From: a virus
Virus genome (UHGV): UHGV-0072281
Strand: one strand, 5' to 3'
Length of the DNA stretch: 64,000 nt
Part shown: in pieces, positions 1-9,533 of the stretch
Position numbering within the stretch: the first letter of the stretch is position 1
Layout of the letters: each line of letters begins with the position of its first letter
Notes under the pieces: generated by a model
Database searches by the model: none
Told to the model about the DNA's origin: nothing
The model's input: only the letters and a program-made list of their open reading frames with translations
Made by a program: the position numbers and the translations under genes

Positions 1-5
1 TAACG

Positions 6-1175
6 GTGACGTTACGACGTACCAGTGCTTCTCGCGATGAGTTATTGCGCTGGACAAACCGTTTAGACTCGTTAGTGGACATGGGTCGCTATTCGACAAT
101 GACCGAGTCAGAAGCGTTTTATTATATTCCGAAGCCAGCACTGAAATTGTTGAATGCCTGTTATGTCGCCGCAGGGACTCGTGTACCGACGTTTGACGAT
201 TTTAAAGCCTATCTCAAGGCGTACTTTACACCCGACGTGTTTCGCGCTGCTAACGTTGCCGGTGGACAGGAATCTATTGCGGTTCGCTATGCACCTACTC
301 GCTTAGAGACTGTATACGACGTTCAGACACCTGCCTGGGATAAAGACGAGAACCACTGGGAAGCTACATTCGTCGTGCGTTTCTCTTATCAACGTCCTGA
401 AGAGATTGTGGTTTCGTATCCGTATATCATCAACCAGACACCGCTTCCTGATGAATATTGGCCAGAGATAGATCCACCGTGGGTGTCTAACGAAGAACTG
501 GTGTATCGTCATCCGCAACAAAAGAATCTCGATTCAACGTGGTGGATTAACGAAACCCGTCAGTATATTCGTTTACCGTATCTACTGTCACCGACAGAAC
601 AGTTCCACCGTACACATTCCCCGTTAAAAGATAAACTCTTACACGTTTTCGGAACAGACGTTGTATTTGATGAAGACAACATGAGCTCACCGAAAGTGTT
701 ATCTGTGGAGGATTTACCGTACGAGTGGAATCCAGATTTGTTGCCGTATATCGAACACTGTCGAGCAATAGACCCTACCGGGCAGACAGGTGTCTTCCGT
801 GTGGAGCTGTTCGAAGAAGGACAAATCATCGAACCGCGTTTCTATCATTGGGAAGACAATACCTTCTTTTTGAAAGGACGTGATTTAAAAGTTAACAAGA
901 GTTACTACCTAACCGAATCGGTGATGTTCGACTGGCGAGGGATGAACCTGTGGCCACTCCAGCTCTATCCTAAAGCTGCGAAGGTGTTGATAGAATGGTT
1001 ATTTCCGAAATGGGATGTACCGGACTGGTGGTGGGATAAACCCGTATTACCGCCTAGTGTTGTCGACGACATTAATAAACTGATTCCTAACGTAGAAGCC
1101 CGCGTCTTGCTGACGGTGCTGAACTCGACTGTGATTACCATGCGAGGGACAGAGAATGCTCAAAGCGAAGCGTGA
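6..1175 (+). CDS. hypothetical protein, probable virion module; 5' end may lie upstream of the window
   Basis: Long ORF open to the window edge; translationally coupled to the next gene (start of next overlaps its stop). Confidence 0.55.
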   Translation: MTLRRTSASRDELLRWTNRLDSLVDMGRYSTMTESEAFYYIPKPALKLLNACYVAAGTRVPTFDDFKAYLKAYFTPDVFRAANVAGGQESIAVRYAPTRLETVYDVQTPAWDKDENHWEATFVVRFSYQRPEEIVVSYPYIINQTPLPDEYWPEIDPPWVSNEELVYRHPQQKNLDSTWWINETRQYIRLPYLLSPTEQFHRTHSPLKDKLLHVFGTDVVFDEDNMSSPKVLSVEDLPYEWNPDLLPYIEHCRAIDPTGQTGVFRVELFEEGQIIEPRFYHWEDNTFFLKGRDLKVNKSYYLTESVMFDWRGMNLWPLQLYPKAAKVLIEWLFPKWDVPDWWWDKPVLPPSVVDDINKLIPNVEARVLLTVLNSTVITMRGTENAQSEA

Positions 1176-2526
1176 TAAGCCGTCAACATTTGAACCCGTA
1201 GACCGGCCTATCCCCGAATTAAATAAACCACAGGACGGTGTAAAAGAAACCACCAATATCGTTACGCAACCCACACGTACAACCGTTACTGATTTAGACC
1301 GTATTCCAAAGCAATACCTAATGAAGTATCTGGAGGGGTCAGCGTGGACGGTGGACTTCTTTAACTTCCTGAAAGGAAGAAACGACGCCAAGAAGTTTTT
1401 CGATTCGAAAGTGCTTACACCTGACCAACAGGTGGAGAAAATCATCGGGTTGGAGCTGCGTGTAACGTCACCTCTCGACCGAAGCCAAGACACCACGAAC
1501 AAAACGTTCAGCATGTCAGGCGCTGCAACAATTGCAAACTCGATTATCCCTAACGAAGGTTGCTTTTTCATCGCCCCTATCGGTGACGGTCGTTTCGCGT
1601 TGTTTAACGTTACCAACGTTGTGCGTATGTCGAATAACAAAGTCGCGACGTACAACATTGAATACACGTTACTTTTCGAAGTTGACCCAGAAACCGCAGA
1701 AACGATTCGTCGTTGTACCGTACGTGAATACTACTACGTTGCAGAGCGTGCCTGGACAGGTGGTGATACACTTCTCACACCGAAAGAGTACCGTGCGTTC
1801 CTGGAAGTCGTTGACGCGATTGAAGACATTGAACAGACATATGTGAAACGTTTCTACGACGGTGAAACGGCCACGTTGTTGTTCCCACACGATCGTCACA
1901 GCGACGGTTTGCGTAGCCGTGCTTACTACGACGTGTTCTTAGCGCTGTTTGTGCGTGCGGTGGGGTTACGTACCGTAGGTAAGGATATTCAGATTTATCC
2001 GCATCCACCGATGAACGTGGAAGACATTGAAACGGTGTGGACAGCGCTGCTGCAACAGTCGCCAACGTTCTTAGCAGATTACAAACGTGACAGCACGGTG
2101 TGGCAAACGAAAACTTTCCGTACGATGCAACATCGTAACTCGGTAACGTGGTCGTTGATCTCTGATACCCGGTTCTTTACGGAAGAGTTAAAGCCAGGTT
2201 ACGGGATGGCGCAACGTTTCCCCGGTCAGTGGCCAGAATGGAAACCATTTGAACCGGTTGAAGTTGAAAACTATCGTGGGAACGAAGGGGAGTCTATTCC
2301 GGCCTTCCTACCACTGTCCTTTAAACCGTATTTGCTGAGCGAGACGTTCTACGACGGTTCTTACAGTTCGTTGTTGGAATACGGCTTGTACTTGTATCTG
2401 CATAAACGTCCGCTACCGTCGGTAATTGCGTTAAAACTGTTTGAGGAAGTTTATAAGCTCCCGAAAGACGCACAGTTCTATTACATTCCGATGGTGTATC
2501 TGCTTTTAAGATATTCGAGGGATTAA
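1156..2526 (+). CDS. hypothetical protein (456 aa), probable virion module
   Basis: ATG at 1156 with GAGGGA 6 nt upstream; overlaps previous stop; long ORF. Confidence 0.6.
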   Translation: MLKAKRDKPSTFEPVDRPIPELNKPQDGVKETTNIVTQPTRTTVTDLDRIPKQYLMKYLEGSAWTVDFFNFLKGRNDAKKFFDSKVLTPDQQVEKIIGLELRVTSPLDRSQDTTNKTFSMSGAATIANSIIPNEGCFFIAPIGDGRFALFNVTNVVRMSNNKVATYNIEYTLLFEVDPETAETIRRCTVREYYYVAERAWTGGDTLLTPKEYRAFLEVVDAIEDIEQTYVKRFYDGETATLLFPHDRHSDGLRSRAYYDVFLALFVRAVGLRTVGKDIQIYPHPPMNVEDIETVWTALLQQSPTFLADYKRDSTVWQTKTFRTMQHRNSVTWSLISDTRFFTEELKPGYGMAQRFPGQWPEWKPFEPVEVENYRGNEGESIPAFLPLSFKPYLLSETFYDGSYSSLLEYGLYLYLHKRPLPSVIALKLFEEVYKLPKDAQFYYIPMVYLLLRYSRD

Positions 2527-2527
2527 T

Positions 2528-3067
2528 GTGTCAGTGAAACGTAGTGCGGCATTTATGCTGTTCCATAAGTGGGTAGCATGGCGGGTTCCTGAATGGACAA
2601 CCATTACCCAGTATATGTCGCAAGAACACGGATTGTTCTTGCCGAATGACGAAAAGAAAGCACGAGCGATTTTGTTGAATAAGAAAACGGTGTATATGCG
2701 GCCATTTGAAGTGGCGGTGTATGCAGAGACCGGTGCTGCGTTAGATGTTCACGATCCGAATGATGGTATTATCGTTTACGGGTATATCATGGAACACCTA
2801 GCAGATTGGTTACATTACATGCAAGAGCCTCATCTGACGACGCGTAAAGTGCCGATAGAAGGACTCCGCCAGTTCAACGCCTTAGCATGTAAACTTTTTC
2901 CCGTTGCTAACCGATACGGTTATTTTAAGAAACCGGAAGTGACGATGGCGACGTCGGTACAAGCGTTATTTGGAGAGGTGCGTTTAGAAACGCAGCAACA
3001 CCGTTTTAACGATACGATAATGCGTCGCATAGAAGCGATTTATCGTAAAAGGGGAGGTATACTGTAA
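2528..3067 (+). CDS. hypothetical protein (179 aa)
   Basis: GTG start with GAGGGA upstream; 1-nt gap after previous stop. Confidence 0.5.
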   Translation: MSVKRSAAFMLFHKWVAWRVPEWTTITQYMSQEHGLFLPNDEKKARAILLNKKTVYMRPFEVAVYAETGAALDVHDPNDGIIVYGYIMEHLADWLHYMQEPHLTTRKVPIEGLRQFNALACKLFPVANRYGYFKKPEVTMATSVQALFGEVRLETQQHRFNDTIMRRIEAIYRKRGGIL

Positions 3068-4386
3068 TGTCGTTTGGTCGGTTACAGAACATAGCAAACG
3101 TGCACATTGCACAAGCGGCGGGATTACCGGCCATCGAATACGTGCCTATCATTACGGTACGTGGCACAGTTATCAGCGTATTCAAAACGTTGTCGATAAT
3201 CCATGCCAGTAACTTCGCACAGGACTTAACGACTATCACCCATCTTACCGTGATGATACCGTTAAGCCAACAGCGTGTGTTAACGTCTTCCGCAGACGGG
3301 GATTTGTCCGTGAAAATTCTAATGCGGACAATGAACAAGAAAACCGTTGCGAAACTCGACTATCGGGGTATCGTCGTGAACAACCACGATCCCGATATGG
3401 AATCGCCCACGATGTTCTTAGGTGAGTCTGACCAGAAAGCGTTAGCGGTCGTCACCCTGGAGTTGATGGACGAGTCGATGTGGTTCTTACGTTGCCGTCA
3501 AGTCGGTGGGATTTATCACGAGACAGATGGTCTTAGTGTTGTTCGTGCACTGCTGGCAGATACGTTACCTACTGGTGATGCGCCAGAAGGCCAGTTGGTG
3601 GGTGTGGAGTACGAGGAAGAGGAGCAACAGCCCTATCGGGATATTTTGATTCCTGACTCGGAAAGTTTCCTGTCCGTGTTCGATTACCTTCAGAATCGTT
3701 ACGGGGTTTATAGTCAAGGTCTGGGGGTGTTCCTCTACAAACACCGTTGGTATATTTTCCAACCTTGGGACTCTAAGAAGTTTTCATCAGCGAAGAATAA
3801 GCTGGTGATTATAAACCTACCGAAAGAGAAAGCAGCGTATCTGAATAAGACCTGCCACATTGACGGTGACGTGATTTACCTGATATGTGGTGGTGATGTC
3901 CACACCTTCGAAGATAAAGACTCCTTAGCACTAAACCAAGGTACCGGTTATCGTGTGGGGTCTATCCGTGCGTTGGATGGCCGTGCGTCTTCTTTCTCGT
4001 CAGGCGATGTTTCTGCTACAACGTCAGATTCGTTCGTGTCAGCGGCTGATCCGACGCAATATCCAGGTGGGGTAGTTAACGCACCAATAGACCCGAACCA
4101 ACACTTCTCGGATACGGATAAACCGCAACGGTCTAAGTTGGCGGCGGCGAAAGGGACGCTAACAGCAACAACCTGGAACGCATCAACGTACGGCTTACTC
4201 CGTCCTGGGATGGCAGTAAAATACATTTATGCGAATAACTATGGTGTATACACGCGTTACGGAACATTAGTTGCAGAAGTTTTCCAAGGTGCAATTGATG
4301 GTGGTTCAGCGGCTTCACCACGGTTTAATACCATTAGTCAGTTGACGTTGTGGCTGACTAATGAAAATTTTACATCCACAACGTAA
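3067..4386 (+). CDS. hypothetical protein (439 aa), probable structural
   Basis: ATG preceded by GGGAGGT; coupled to the upstream gene. Confidence 0.6.
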   Translation: MSFGRLQNIANVHIAQAAGLPAIEYVPIITVRGTVISVFKTLSIIHASNFAQDLTTITHLTVMIPLSQQRVLTSSADGDLSVKILMRTMNKKTVAKLDYRGIVVNNHDPDMESPTMFLGESDQKALAVVTLELMDESMWFLRCRQVGGIYHETDGLSVVRALLADTLPTGDAPEGQLVGVEYEEEEQQPYRDILIPDSESFLSVFDYLQNRYGVYSQGLGVFLYKHRWYIFQPWDSKKFSSAKNKLVIINLPKEKAAYLNKTCHIDGDVIYLICGGDVHTFEDKDSLALNQGTGYRVGSIRALDGRASSFSSGDVSATTSDSFVSAADPTQYPGGVVNAPIDPNQHFSDTDKPQRSKLAAAKGTLTATTWNASTYGLLRPGMAVKYIYANNYGVYTRYGTLVAEVFQGAIDGGSAASPRFNTISQLTLWLTNENFTSTT

Positions 4387-4418
4387 GTTATGTCGACAGC
4401 AACCTAAAGGATTTGTTA

Positions 4419-5219
4419 ATGAGCAATTTACTTACTTTCCGCATGTCTGGTCAAACGTTAATGCAGATTGACGAGTACGAAAAAGAACATTTCGCTAAAC
4501 CGTCCAAACTGTTAGAACGTTGCTTAAAGGTTATTCCAGGCGGCGAGCACTGTCAGCTAGATTTCGTCATGGCGTCTTCTGCTGACAAAACGGTCTCTGT
4601 TATCTACACGGTTGACGGAGTACAGGGCCATCGCTTATTACCGATTGAAGAAAAAGGTTCTTTGGGTAATTTGTTGTTCTTGCACGCAATCACGACTGCG
4701 GTAGTGACGGGAGCACTGGGAGCGCAGTACGGTTTCGCCTATTGTTATTTCTACGCACAGAAGTTGGCGAATGCGGTAGTTCCAGGAGAACCAGAAACGT
4801 ATCCGAAGTATATCGAACGTTTGCTTCCGACGCATTTTGCTGAGTCTGACGACTATGAGTTCAATGCTTTCCGTTTCACGATGATTGGCGAAGCACGCGA
4901 TCCTGAAAACACCATTGCGTTACGTGCTGTTGTTCGTTACGCAGTAATTTCGTCTGACAGCGGAATGGCAAGCAACTTCAACGAAGTGTTCCCGGTTATG
5001 CAACTAGGTCCGTATATCACGTTTAACGCGTATGTACCGTTTACTTGTCAGTTAATCGGCCCGCAGGATAATGATTCTATCCTCCCGATTACTGAAGAGA
5101 AAGGTCTACATATTCGTGATGCCGTAGAAGTCATCAACGATAAACGTTTTACGATCTCATCGAAAAGCGGCATCGCCGATGAAGAACTTGCGGTTGTGAA
5201 CAAAATGCAAGTGATGTAA
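4419..5219 (+). CDS. hypothetical protein (~266 aa)
   Basis: ATG at 4419 with AAGGA 8 nt upstream (track start 4413 is a TTG); followed by terminator hairpin. Confidence 0.55.
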   Translation: MSNLLTFRMSGQTLMQIDEYEKEHFAKPSKLLERCLKVIPGGEHCQLDFVMASSADKTVSVIYTVDGVQGHRLLPIEEKGSLGNLLFLHAITTAVVTGALGAQYGFAYCYFYAQKLANAVVPGEPETYPKYIERLLPTHFAESDDYEFNAFRFTMIGEARDPENTIALRAVVRYAVISSDSGMASNFNEVFPVMQLGPYITFNAYVPFTCQLIGPQDNDSILPITEEKGLHIRDAVEVINDKRFTISSKSGIADEELAVVNKMQVM

Positions 5220-5225
5220 AATTAT

Positions 5226-5264
5226 CCCGTTACCCACAAAGGTAACGGGATGTCCTTTTATTTA
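5226..5264 (+). terminator. rho-independent terminator
   Basis: Stem cccgttacc/ggtaacggg with 6-nt loop, followed by a T-rich run. Confidence 0.6.
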
Positions 5265-5383
5265 CTCGTAAACGCGTCTTAGACGCTGTTTTACACCTTA
5301 AGACGATTAATGGTGTTTAAAAAATAAAAGGTCGTCAGAATGCGATACAGCGCGTTTTAGAGGGTGTTTTAATTAAAATATTT

Positions 5384-5424
5384 TCAGATATATATTACTT
5401 AGGTGAGAGAATTACGTAATACTC
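5384..5424 (+). promoter_or_regulatory. conserved phage promoter motif (TCAGATATATATTAC-TTAGGTGAGAG) plus downstream palindrome
   Basis: One of four near-identical copies in the window; lies after a terminator and ~50 nt before an RBS and ATG. Confidence 0.55.
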
Positions 5425-5455
5425 ATTTATCGTATACCTAATTAGGAGCTATATC

Positions 5456-5599
5456 ATGATTTCTGTAAAACACAAAAAAGCTATCTTCGCTGTTGTTATC
5501 GCTGTTGTTCTGGGTTGCCTGTACCTGGATATCGACAAAGGCTACGACACTTGCATCGACAACGGTAATTCCGTTGCGCAGTGCACTGGTCGTGGTTAA
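5456..5599 (+). CDS. small lipoprotein-like membrane peptide (47 aa)
   Basis: AGGAG RBS; hydrophobic N-terminus ending VLGC (lipobox-like); three Cys; codon usage of a highly expressed gene; own promoter and terminator. Below the length cutoff of the ORF track. Confidence 0.5.
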   Translation: MISVKHKKAIFAVVIAVVLGCLYLDIDKGYDTCIDNGNSVAQCTGRG

Positions 5600-5604
5600 T
5601 GTAT

Positions 5605-5635
5605 AAGGCACCTTCGGGTGCCCTTAATTTTTTTA
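5605..5635 (+). terminator. rho-independent terminator
   Basis: aaggcacc-ttcg-ggtgcctt hairpin followed by a T run. Confidence 0.7.
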
Positions 5636-5653
5636 TTAATTGGAGCATAAACG

Positions 5654-6469
5654 ATGATTACTATTAAAGATTATTTTCCGCGTGGGTTGAGCAATGAAAA
5701 CTTCGTTCCAACTGAAGACATTGCCATCGTTGCAGAGTCCAGCGATAAGTCTTTTAAACTCTACTTGAGTACGGCAGCAGGAAAATCCACTCTTATCCTT
5801 CGTGAACCTGAAGTGATAAGCATCTGCTCGTTTGGGGGTGGTGTAGAAGGAACGATTAACTGGTTGAAATCCAGAATGCATCGTTTGCTTATCGTGAATA
5901 CCGATCCTGTGATTCGTTTACAGCAATTGAAATCGTTGAATGAAATTATCGTCGGATTATTGGAACATGAAACGTTTGGTAATGCTGAGATTGCGGAAGC
6001 GATTAAATCTGTAGAACTAATCGAGTGGAGCGATATCGAATACGAACGTGCTGGGTTATTCGCAATGTACGGTGATGATAATCCCGTTGCGTTTGCACAA
6101 ACGTTGGATAATGTTACCGTAACAGCGCGCGTATTGTTTGGTTTACAACGTGTTGAGTTTGAACTGAAACACGTCTACGTGAGCAATAAACCGGAGATGG
6201 TGGAGACATTGATTCGTGCTTTCGCATACCCGTTAGACGGTGAATGGGAACAGCAGATTAATGAAGCGTTAGAAGCCATGCATTTCCTGGCTGAAACGTT
6301 AAGGAAGGATGAGAAATTGAAAGGTCGTGTTTATCCAGAACACGATTTTGTTTGTGAAGAATGTGGAGCACAGTATCAAATCCGTGTTCCTTTAACCGGC
6401 CTAACATTCCCGCAAGCCAACGTGCAATGTAAGGAATGTGGTCATGTTCAATACGTAGCGATTAAATAA
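5654..6469 (+). CDS. hypothetical protein with C-terminal CxxC...CxxC zinc ribbon
   Basis: ATG with GGAG upstream; C-terminal CEECG...CKECG pair. Confidence 0.6.
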   Translation: MITIKDYFPRGLSNENFVPTEDIAIVAESSDKSFKLYLSTAAGKSTLILREPEVISICSFGGGVEGTINWLKSRMHRLLIVNTDPVIRLQQLKSLNEIIVGLLEHETFGNAEIAEAIKSVELIEWSDIEYERAGLFAMYGDDNPVAFAQTLDNVTVTARVLFGLQRVEFELKHVYVSNKPEMVETLIRAFAYPLDGEWEQQINEALEAMHFLAETLRKDEKLKGRVYPEHDFVCEECGAQYQIRVPLTGLTFPQANVQCKECGHVQYVAIK

Positions 6470-6475
6470 AAGCAA

Positions 6476-6517
6476 CCCCTAATCCCGAAAAGGATTAGGG
6501 GTACACTTTATTTATTT
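6476..6517 (+). terminator. rho-independent terminator
   Basis: cccctaatcc/ggattagggg stem followed by a T-rich tract. Confidence 0.65.
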
Positions 6518-6541
6518 TCGCTCTTAAAAGGAAATTGTGTC

Positions 6542-6697
6542 ATGAGAAATGTTAATGCAATGCTTAACCAGGCATTTGTTAACCAACAGCGTTTTCAGGA
6601 ACGCTTAGCACAACTTAAAACACAACACAGACCACCACAACAAAGAGTGGTTAAGAGCAAGTTCGGCGAAATGGTTTTCGAAAGAAAATCTTTCTAA
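6542..6697 (+). CDS. small basic protein, paralogue A of a tandem triplet (51 aa)
   Basis: AAGGA RBS; shares FxERL and C-terminal F(E/T)ERxS with the next two small ORFs; own terminator. Confidence 0.45.
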   Translation: MRNVNAMLNQAFVNQQRFQERLAQLKTQHRPPQQRVVKSKFGEMVFERKSF

Positions 6698-6706
6698 TAA
6701 CCGTTA

Positions 6707-6729
6707 GGGGTGTGACAGCACCCCTTTTT
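6707..6729 (+). terminator. rho-independent terminator
   Basis: ggggtg/cacccc stem followed by TTTTT. Confidence 0.55.
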
Positions 6730-6847
6730 ACGCTTTAACTTTTCCAAAGAGAAGTTAAAGCAGTAAGGACTGTTGGCGCAGTCCTTACTTGTCATCGCTA
6801 TTACAGAAACGTGATAGCACAATTCTAATTTTTAGAGGCGATCAGAA

Positions 6848-7015
6848 ATGTTCGACAGTATTACACAAATTTTTAACACTACCGTAAACAATCACGCTCA
6901 GCAAGCGAAGTTTAATGAACGATTAAGGGAAGTTCAACAATTAGGATTAAATAAAAGATTAAAATCTTCCAATAATCCTCGAGTACAGATCTTCACCGAA
7001 AGGAGAAGTAACTGA
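6848..7015 (+). CDS. small basic protein, paralogue B (55 aa)
   Basis: AGAGG RBS; QLGxNKRLKxSxN...QIxTExRS shared with paralogue C. Confidence 0.5.
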   Translation: MFDSITQIFNTTVNNHAQQAKFNERLREVQQLGLNKRLKSSNNPRVQIFTERRSN

Positions 7016-7024
7016 TAAAAACAA

Positions 7025-7052
7025 GGTGAGCTGTTGGAGCAGCTCACCTTTT
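7025..7052 (+). terminator. rho-independent terminator
   Basis: ggtgagctg/cagctcacc stem followed by TTTT. Confidence 0.65.
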
Positions 7053-7111
7053 ACAACGCCATTACGTTTCCGTAATGGATTTCTTTAATCACCCTACAAA
7101 GAGGGCTTACC

Positions 7112-7285
7112 ATGAACAATGGTTACTACTTTACTGACAAAATGCTTGCAGAACAATATGCAGCAAAAACCAATTTACAGCAACGTATCTACGAGTATAG
7201 TCAACTCGGTGCGAATAAACGATTAAAACCATCAACCAACCGTTTCACACAGATAATCACTGAAAAAAGGAGTGAACGCTACTAA
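7112..7285 (+). CDS. small basic protein, paralogue C (57 aa)
   Basis: AGAGGG RBS; clear protein-level similarity to paralogue B. Confidence 0.5.
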   Translation: MNNGYYFTDKMLAEQYAAKTNLQQRIYEYSQLGANKRLKPSTNRFTQIITEKRSERY

Positions 7286-7420
7286 CTAATAAAAGGGGGT
7301 GTGCTACCACCCCCTACTTAGTTCAGCAGTTGTCTTTCGTTCATAAATATTAGATGTCTTGTTTTTTTTTGCTTTTCGGGACGCATAAGGGGTCGTAGGG
7401 GGAGCCGAAGCTCCCCAGAC

Positions 7421-8983
7421 TCAAAAGAGTTCGTCACCCATACCGCCTGTAAAGACGTTAATCGACGATGCAGTCACTGTTTCTTCTTTATCGCAATCCC
7501 ATGGCAGAATGCCAACTTCACGGAAAGGTATTACTGTATAATGGTAAGCTTCTTTAGTATCGATAATTGTACGGTGTTTACCACGTTGTACTTCTAAGTA
7601 ACTATGCCCATTGACAACACGTTTGTTAAAATACATCTCACCGTCAGCTTCGTTATCCAAGCTGGAGCAGTTATCGTAAAGACCGCGACCTGGTAAGTTC
7701 TTACAGAAACTTGCTGGGTCTAACGCTTTTAATTTTTTGCCTTCTGGTGAGATTTGGTGTGGCGCTAACAAGAAACCACGGTTACGTACTACCTGGATGT
7801 TTCGAGCGATACGATAAATTTCTTTAATGTCGCTACCGGCAATCCCGTTACCGTGACCTGCTTTACTGATAGTCCCGAAATAGTCTCCGCGAATCCCAGC
7901 TACATGATAACCTCGACGCTTTAAGTCCAGTATTAAGTCGTTTAAGTAATGTATTTTAAAATCTGAGTTTGTGTGTTTCTGAAAGATGTACTCCCAACCG
8001 TTAGCCCGCATTTTACTACAGAGGTAGTCCGACATTTTTGTGTTGTGTAAAGCTTTCTCTTCGTCGGTAGCGTTTTCAGAAGCAACCATAACCGGTGCTT
8101 CACCTTCAAAATGACCGTAGAGCGCTTGGTACGCATACGCCAAATTAACGTCCAGTTCGTTCTCTAAACTTAAATCGAGAATAACCGGCTGTAAATCCCC
8201 TTTAACGTTTTCCATTACCTTTTCAGGCGTATTGAATACCGGAATACTGATAGACAACAACAGACTAAAAAGCGATTTACAGTTAAAGGGCAGTGCAGGC
8301 ATTAGCCAAAGTTCTTCAGTAATCCCTTTGTTACAACCCAACATCTGGTTAATGGCTTTCCATCCGGTACGTAAACCATTACCCGCTGCTTTCTTACTGA
8401 TTGAGTCGAACACATGTACGAACGGTGCACGGTTATCCGTAATAAGTTCACCTACGAGTGAGGGAATCTTATTATGAGAGCGTTCACTGAACGTAGAGAG
8501 ACTATCTCTGAGGTCGTTGAGCGCTGTTTGTAAATCAACGCGCGTTTCGGTTCCGTTCAGTGCGCCTAACGTACGACCTAATTTTTGTTTCAGTTGTACG
8601 CCTTGAATAGCTTGACGTAATTGGAAGTAGTATTGTGCTACTTGACGGTTAAGATGCTCGATGCGTGCTTCTGGTTCTTCTGGAATATCATCTTCCAGGA
8701 ATTTGGTAATCGTATCGTATAGAGGACGTATTTGCGTAGTGGCCAGTTTCAAACGTTTCATGACGTTTGTGTGGTCGTAAGGCATACCGCCGTCTATGAT
8801 GGATGTGATGATATCCTTGATTTCGACGAGGGCGGCACGTTCGTCACCTTCCTCTACGTAATCAGGAAGCTTAGCCTCTAACAGCACTTTTCTTATGACC
8901 TCGTGATCCTTCTCAGGGTCGGTCAGCAGACTTTCAGTGTATAGTGTGGCTAATGCGGTTATCAACATCATTTTGTTATTCAT
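7421..8983 (-). CDS. hypothetical protein (520 aa)
   Basis: Long minus-strand ORF; no motif recognised. Confidence 0.6.
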   Translation of the reverse strand: MNNKMMLITALATLYTESLLTDPEKDHEVIRKVLLEAKLPDYVEEGDERAALVEIKDIITSIIDGGMPYDHTNVMKRLKLATTQIRPLYDTITKFLEDDIPEEPEARIEHLNRQVAQYYFQLRQAIQGVQLKQKLGRTLGALNGTETRVDLQTALNDLRDSLSTFSERSHNKIPSLVGELITDNRAPFVHVFDSISKKAAGNGLRTGWKAINQMLGCNKGITEELWLMPALPFNCKSLFSLLLSISIPVFNTPEKVMENVKGDLQPVILDLSLENELDVNLAYAYQALYGHFEGEAPVMVASENATDEEKALHNTKMSDYLCSKMRANGWEYIFQKHTNSDFKIHYLNDLILDLKRRGYHVAGIRGDYFGTISKAGHGNGIAGSDIKEIYRIARNIQVVRNRGFLLAPHQISPEGKKLKALDPASFCKNLPGRGLYDNCSSLDNEADGEMYFNKRVVNGHSYLEVQRGKHRTIIDTKEAYHYTVIPFREVGILPWDCDKEETVTASSINVFTGGMGDELF

Positions 8984-8996
8984 GGAGCATCCTTAA

Positions 8997-9521
8997 ATGC
9001 AAATTCGTTTTAGTCCACCGTGGGAAGTTCAGCCTAACATAGATAAAGGCGCTGCCGTTAAAAGTGTAGAATTGCTCCAGGCAGGGTTCTTTAACTGGTT
9101 ATATGACTGTCCGAATGGTTTCAGTTCTATCATCTTACCTGAAGTAAGTCGTTCTGCTATTTATAAAGCGTTAATGGCTCCGCCTGTACTTCCAGGTAAA
9201 TATTATGATCAGGTGTTACGTCTGGTCGAATCAGGCGAAAAGGTTTCCCTTGACGATTTATATGGGGAAACAATTCCTTGTCGCTTACGCTGGGTCTTTA
9301 CCCAACGTGGTGATACGATTGTGGCGTCATTTGCAGAAGCGAAGTCCGGTTCGGGTTTTTCTTCGGGTGAAGACCACGCTGCGAAAAAGATGTTCTGCGC
9401 AGAACTTTTTAAATATATGCGTACCAAGACTCGCGTCGTGGATGACTGCTTCAGTACCTCAACGCAGTTTGCCGCTAACGAAGTGCTGACGCAATTATAC
9501 GCATGTCATTTATCTCATTAA
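8997..9521 (+). CDS. hypothetical protein (174 aa)
   Basis: ATG with GGAG upstream; immediately precedes the highly expressed 761-aa gene. Confidence 0.55.
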   Translation: MQIRFSPPWEVQPNIDKGAAVKSVELLQAGFFNWLYDCPNGFSSIILPEVSRSAIYKALMAPPVLPGKYYDQVLRLVESGEKVSLDDLYGETIPCRLRWVFTQRGDTIVASFAEAKSGSGFSSGEDHAAKKMFCAELFKYMRTKTRVVDDCFSTSTQFAANEVLTQLYACHLSH

Positions 9522-9533
9522 GGTATTAAACAA

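Noticed and set aside
6470-7420. Hairpin-dense intergenic region considered for tRNA or other structured RNA genes
   Set aside because: No cloverleaf with acceptor stem and T-arm could be traced; the hairpins are simple GC stems with T runs (terminators) and the space is filled by small ORFs with RBSs.
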